A DNA stretch of 64,000 nucleotides from Octopus vulgaris (lineage: Eukaryota). This document shows positions 57,518 to 64,000 of the stretch, one piece after another. Each line of letters begins with the position of its first letter. Positions within the stretch are counted from its first letter, which is position 1. Under the pieces are notes generated by a model. It did not search any database, was not told the DNA's origin, and saw only the letters and a list, made by a program, of their open reading frames with translations. The stretch spans positions 65,844,001-65,908,000 of the forward strand of contig OX597833.1 in NCBI GenBank assembly GCA_951406725.2, given 5' to 3'. A program made the position numbers and the translations under genes.

Positions 57518-57621
<104 letters not shown>

Positions 57622-58222
57622 ATATGTATACATATATATATATATATATATATACATATATATGTATATATGTATATATGTGGGTATCTTATCTATACTT
57701 AAGTTTATATGTGGATGCACGTGAAGTGCAAACATGCATCAATACACGCACACACACACAGACACACATACATACAGACATAGCTATATTCATGTTTATT
57801 TGCGTATATATTTATACATTCATCATATACATATGTCTATGTCTTTGTACGTATATACATATTATATAATATACATATACCCACTATATATCAGAATATA
57901 TATATATATTCACTACGCATATATACGCGTATGTACATACACGTATATACACGTATATACATGCTACGCATACATACACGCATATATATACATACTCATA
58001 GTGTGTATTATACTGTTTCAATCCACTTCAAATTACGTTACTACGTTTCATAACCGAAGGCAAACCTATGACGGAGATTATTGTTGAGAGATCCAGCGCT
58101 TTCGTTTGATACATCAACAACCAAAGAGAACTTGCTGCCGGCTTCAGCAATAAATGCGTTTGTCACTACAATATTCTATTAAATGTATTTTCTCAAAATA
58201 ATGAAATAATGGATTAAATATT

Positions 58223-58280
<58 letters not shown>

Positions 58281-59034
58281 ATACATTTCTAAATATCTCA
58301 GAGAGATTTATGCAGTAGCGGTATGATAAAGTAGTTGTATACTGTCAACTTAATGTGAGGGACCCATGAAGGGAATCATACTACCGCTATTTAACCCTAG
58401 GAAGCAGCAACACTTCCAGTCGGCATTGACACGTTTCCTGTGTCCTTATGTTTACAAAGGGCAGACAAGCACCTCAACCCAGCTAAGCCTGCATGCCTAG
58501 CTGAGTGGAGGTGCTTGTCTCCTCCTTGTAAACATATAAAGGTATCCCCATAAAAGGTCTAAATATTCTCATAGTGACTATATAAGACCAGATAAGACCT
58601 ATTGTTGACTGTCTCCTGTCAGAGCTCCTTTCTCTAGCGTTCACCACTTTACCTCGTTATGGCTTCACAGCCCTCGCCGTTTGTTTTTATTGTTTTCTTC
58701 TTACTGTCCTGTTTTTGTCACCTCCGCAAATTCCCAAATTTTATTTAATTTGCTTTACCGGAACGACTGTTTTAACGAAGTCGTGTCTTGTCCCAACGTT
58801 CGAAACGCGGATTAGATAAAACAGGGGACAACAGATCAAAGGATTGTTCTTTATGTTGCCTGTCTCGTTTCTCTATTTGTTTCTTTCGTTGTTTGTTTTC
58901 CATGATTTTGTTTTCTTTTTTATGTTCCCGTTTTTCATTTTTTCACGTTTTTTTTTTGACGTCCTGTACCCATATATGGACGCATATATACATATATATG
59001 TAGGTATGTACATATATGTATGCTTATATGCATA

Positions 59035-59181
59035 TATGCAAATACAAGCCTCCTTCGATTTCGTTCTGTTTAAGGAAAAAAAACAAACATTGATTTCCGA
59101 AATGTTTAATCAATAGGTTTTATTAGTATGTGATTTAATGTGTGTGAGTGTGTGTGTATGAATGTGCGTATCTATATGTGA

Positions 59182-59230
<49 letters not shown>

Positions 59231-59572
59231 ATCCAAACAACAAAGCACAAAAAAACACAACAACGCGAGGACGTGGAACAAATATAGTATTATTGGACGC
59301 TCAGGAAAGAAGGAAAGAAGGAGAGTTTAACGTTTCGAGCGGAGCTCTTCGCCGGAAAAATAGAAGGAAAGATCCGGAGAAGGGAAGACAGAGGAATATA
59401 TATATATATATATACATATCCTCACATTACGCACACTCATACACACATACACATACACACTCGCACACACATCAAACCATATACTAATAAAACCTATTGA
59501 TTAAACATTTCGGAAACCGACGTTTGTGTTTTTTCCTGAAACAGAACATTAGACGAGGCTTTTATTTGCATA
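59035..59572. repeat. Foldback with ~150-bp arms around a (TA)n spacer
   Basis: TTTCCGAAATGTTTAATCAATAGGTTTTATTAGTAT (~59093) is the exact reverse complement of ~59482-59517. Confidence 0.88.
59227..59396 (-). mobile_element. Penelope-like pLTR fragment with hammerhead motif (59325-59359), inserted in (TA)n
   Basis: Minus strand TTT-CCGGCGAA-GAGC(TCC)GCTC-GAAA-CG-TT-AAA. The same terminus GTTAATCCAAACAA follows (TA)n at ~21726. Confidence 0.65.
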
Positions 59573-60305
59573 AAAGTTAAGTTGCCGCACGCATTCAAAG
59601 AGTTCACAATTCATTTTCGTTTCTTTTAAAATTTTGAAATCGAAGCCTTTCAATTATAATATACACGTATATATAGTTGTGTAATAAGTAGCCTGCTTCG
59701 CAACCACATGGTTCTTAGTTCAGTCCCACTGCGTCGGTTTGAACCTGAATCTTCCTGGTTTCGAATTCGCATGTTAAGCACACAGCCGTCGCTGCAATAT
59801 CTTCACAAGCAATTAAACCAACGAAAATCAAATAACAGCATTGAACTGTATTCATTGAACGGCAAACTGTAACAAACGTAAATTTATATGATTGAGACTC
59901 CAAAAGTCATATTCTCCTTTGAAAAGATCGAGAAACGTAGGCTTGAAAAACAAGATAAAAAAAATAATAAGTAGTGTTCGACAGAACATAATAATAAAAT
60001 TATAAAGAAAACATTATTTCCCGTAAAACTGTTATTATTTAATATGTAGCAATTAATATAATTGCTTTTAGTTAAATGTAAGACTATTTGCAAAACGTTC
60101 GGTGGAAGCACTACAAACAATAAACACAAACATATACACGCGTGTGTGTGTGTGTGTGTGTGTGTCTACGTACGTATGTATGCATGTACGTATGTAGATA
60201 TGCAGGTATATATATTTATATATATATAGAAAGATACATAGATAGATAGATATGCTTAAATATGTATATATAAGTATACATGCATATATATATATATATA
60301 TATAT

Positions 60306-60363
<58 letters not shown>

Positions 60364-60452
60364 ATAGATAGATAGATATGCTTAAATATGTATATATAAG
60401 TATACATGCATATATATATATTATGTATGTATATATATATATATATATATAT

Positions 60453-60483
<31 letters not shown>

Positions 60484-61239
60484 CATACACACTCACATAC
60501 GCGCGCATATGTACATATGTATGTGTGTATGTATGTATGTATGTATGTATGTATGTATGTATGTATGTATGTATGTATGTATGTATGTATGTATGTATGT
60601 ATGTATGTATGTATGTATGTATGTGTGTATCTATGTATGCAAATATGTCTAAAATAAAATTTAAACGGACTCAGAAAATAACAAAGACAAACAATGTCGT
60701 TGAACTATTTGCAGAAATGTAAAATAAATAGTTTAGTTTTAGCGGTAAATATTACGCACGGAAATTAAATAAAACCGACTTTATTATAGTAATTGAGTGT
60801 AATAGTTAGTATTCCTTCATTATTTTTTTTATAACCTCGATTAACTTCTCTTGCTAACAACTTGGTTATTTGTGGTATTTCGCGGTATTTATATTCTAAG
60901 AAAAATGATTAAATATCGTAAAGAAAGATATTTTTTTTTATTCACGTAAGTGGCCTTTATTACAGAAGAATATAAATTGAACGTCTGTTGTTTACAAAAG
61001 GAGACTAAACAAATATAGTTTAGTTTCAAAATGGTTTCGGGTTGTCTGCCACATACATACAAACATACACACATACATACGCACACACACACACACATAT
61101 ACATATATACAGACATATATATATACATATACATGTACACTTATAGATACATGCATATATGTATTATCTCTATATATATACACACACACCCCCCATATAT
61201 ATACATATATATATATTATATATATATAATATATATACA

Positions 61240-61310
<71 letters not shown>

Positions 61311-61314
<4 letters not shown>

Positions 61315-61681
61315 CAAAATAAGACAAGGTTGAAGATGCTAAAATAATTTTATAATGAAGAACATTTTAGTACCGGTTTCAGATTTTGCGACTTGCAACT
61401 TGGAGTAAAACACGAAAAACAATTAGATGGTGAAAAAAATTAAATGAAATGTTTTTTAAAAAAATTATTTCCGTAGTTTTTCAAAGGAAAATCTCCCTTC
61501 CATTTGAAAGTCTATTGAAATACTACTTTTAAAAACATTCCATTTAATTTTTCCACAATGAATTTTTTTACATACTTTACTCTAATTTGAAAACCTCGAA
61601 AAGTTGAAAACCTCGAAACCAGTACTAAAATGTTCTTCATAAAATTATTTTAACATTTTCTACCTTTTCTTATTTTCGTTA
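61311..61681. repeat. Foldback element flanked by (TA)n
   Basis: ATGAAGAACATTTTAGTACCGGTTTC vs GAAACCAGTACTAAAATGTTCTTCAT; arms ~61311-61463 and ~61527-61681. Confidence 0.88.
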
Positions 61682-61737
61682 TATATATATCAACTGGTGT
61701 GTTCCTTTTCAACCTTCTAAACACACACACACACATA

Positions 61738-61843
<106 letters not shown>

Positions 61844-61966
61844 CACATATTTAATACATTCAAAATAATCAACATTATGTATTCTGATTGTTTTGATAAA
61901 TATGTATCTTTATATACATGTAATGTATGTAAGTCTGAGTGTATATACATATATATGTGTACATAG

Positions 61967-62002
<36 letters not shown>

Positions 62003-62280
62003 ATATATGTATATACGCATGTGTGTGGATATGTATGAATGTTGCACAATGTGCGTTGATGTAATTCACTCCACCAGAAATTTTCGACCCAATATCCAGT
62101 TTAATATTCCACAGGTATCACCTTGTGTCATGACTGTATTACCATGCAAGAACAAGTGTCGACTAACGAAGGTTATATTACTAAACGCTTACGCTACGCA
62201 ACGTCTCGAAACGTACATATTAAATACATACAAAATATTAAGAGGTTTCTCTTGTTTTACACACATACATACAGATATAC

Positions 62281-62342
<62 letters not shown>

Positions 62343-62423
62343 TTATTTATATATATATATATACATACATATATATATATATATACACACACACTCACAC
62401 ACATACACATGCACACACACACA

Positions 62424-62499
<76 letters not shown>

Positions 62500-62891
62500 C
62501 ACATATGGAGGAACAAATTTATATGCACATATATATATATGCTTATATGGCTCCGAAGAATATATAGGATTTTATATATAAGTACATAGATCTGAGTGTA
62601 CTGCTCCCAGTAGCAGAAACAGCTGTAAGCTGATGAAAGTGATAGCGTACTTCCTTCCTTTGCCATTCATTAATTGATATTACGCTTTGTACTTTCCTAT
62701 TTCGTTACTCTAAAGCAAATGCATACTCAGACATAACGACTGGTTATTGTATATACATATACATATATACAGAGAGATAGTTTACAATTTAAAGAAAAAA
62801 TCCGGGAAATAATTACAAAGTAGCTAAATTTTGCTTAAGTGTCTCAGAGTTTAAATCCGGGATAGTAAGACGTATTTAGTAGAAAATAGGA

Positions 62892-63077
62892 AAATTAAAT
62901 AAGGAGACGAATTCTCGGGATGTTGTTAAACCATTTTTATCTTGAATTCTTCAACATATGTTTCGACTACAATAATTTATCTCGTCGGACATTTTGGAGT
63001 GCATCCGTTGAAACATATGTAGAACAATTCAAGATACAAACGGTTTAACAAATTACGAGAGTTTGTCTTCTTGATAA

Positions 63078-63081
<4 letters not shown>
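62892..63081. repeat. Foldback with ~75-bp arms and hammerhead-like core
   Basis: TATCTTGAATTCTTCAACATATGTTTCGAC vs GTTGAAACATATGTAGAACAATTCAAGATA. Confidence 0.85.
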
Positions 63082-63162
<81 letters not shown>

Positions 63163-63164
63163 CA

Positions 63165-63343
63165 TACGACAGGCTTCTTTCAGTTTCCGTCTACTAAAAT
63201 CCTCTCACAAACTCACTAAGCTTTGGTCGGCCCGAGACTATAGTTGAATACACTTTGCTGAAATTGTCACGCTGTGGGACTGAACCCAGAACCATGTGTG
63301 GTTTGTAAGCTGATTTCTTAACACGAAGCTACGTCGGCGCCTG
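63165..63343 (-). mobile_element. SINE family B 5' portion
   Basis: ACGACAGGCTTCTTTCAGTTTCCGTCTAC...GGGACTGAACCCAGAACCATGTG...GGCGCCT. Confidence 0.82.
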
Positions 63344-63811
63344 TATATATGCATATTATAATTTATCTCGATTACAGAATATGGCTTCACCTTTACCGGA
63401 TATTTAAGTAATGAAACAAATCCTTACCTTTATTATTAAACGCTAAAATCGTAATAAACGTAAATAAATATTTCATTTATTATTTAAATGCAGTAATACT
63501 ACGCATTCAAAATTATCAGTATATGTATATAAAATTCTACGTAAGTTATTATATTTTATTGCCATAAGACATAGTCGTATCTATGTCTGCGCTTGAAATT
63601 TCGTGTTTTCCTTTATATCGTAAAAATATGTACAACAATGGCGACCGTACCAAAACATATTTATTCGATTAGTTACAAGCATCTGAAAACAACGGATGTC
63701 TTGGCTTGCGTTTTTTTAATTCTTTTGTATCTATTCTCCATTAAGTTTACCAAAAGAAATCGCTATAATATCTCCATCCGAAATTACATACTAATGTTCA
63801 GGTGTGTGTGC

Positions 63812-63871
<60 letters not shown>

Positions 63872-63872
63872 G

Positions 63873-63911
<39 letters not shown>

Positions 63912-63946
63912 TTATGTATGTATGTATATATATATATACATCTAAG

Positions 63947-64000
<54 letters not shown>

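Noticed and set aside
60230-60420. Duplicated GATAGATATGCTTAAATATGTATATATAAGTATACATGC block
   Set aside because: Real, but an ordinary slippage duplication inside (TA)n.

Overview
Non-genic, AT-rich eukaryotic DNA dominated by microsatellites ((TA)n, (CA)n, (CATA)n, (GATA)n, (ATT)n, (GAT)n, (GGT)n) and interspersed repeats. The repeat repertoire resembles octopus/cephalopod genomes (inference from recalled SINE sequences, not verified). No host protein-coding exon can be supported, and nearly all track ORFs are translations of simple repeats. Supported elements: a full-length, inactivated DD34D mariner (5361-6662); a second mariner made of two inverted 5' ends (36588-37409); a hAT MITE with a perfect 8-bp TSD (34931-35132); three tRNA-derived SINE families; RTE-clade and RLE-type LINE 3' fragments; and several Penelope-like terminal-repeat fragments with minimal hammerhead-ribozyme motifs. 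Two patterns stand out. (1) Three unrelated foldback elements share one architecture: head-to-head inverted arms, each carrying a hammerhead-like core, with an outer end at (TA)n. (2) One SINE occurs repeatedly as multimers of a head-less 184-nt unit joined at the same point, the loop of its anticodon-like hairpin. All alignments were done by eye and coordinates of decayed repeats are approximate.
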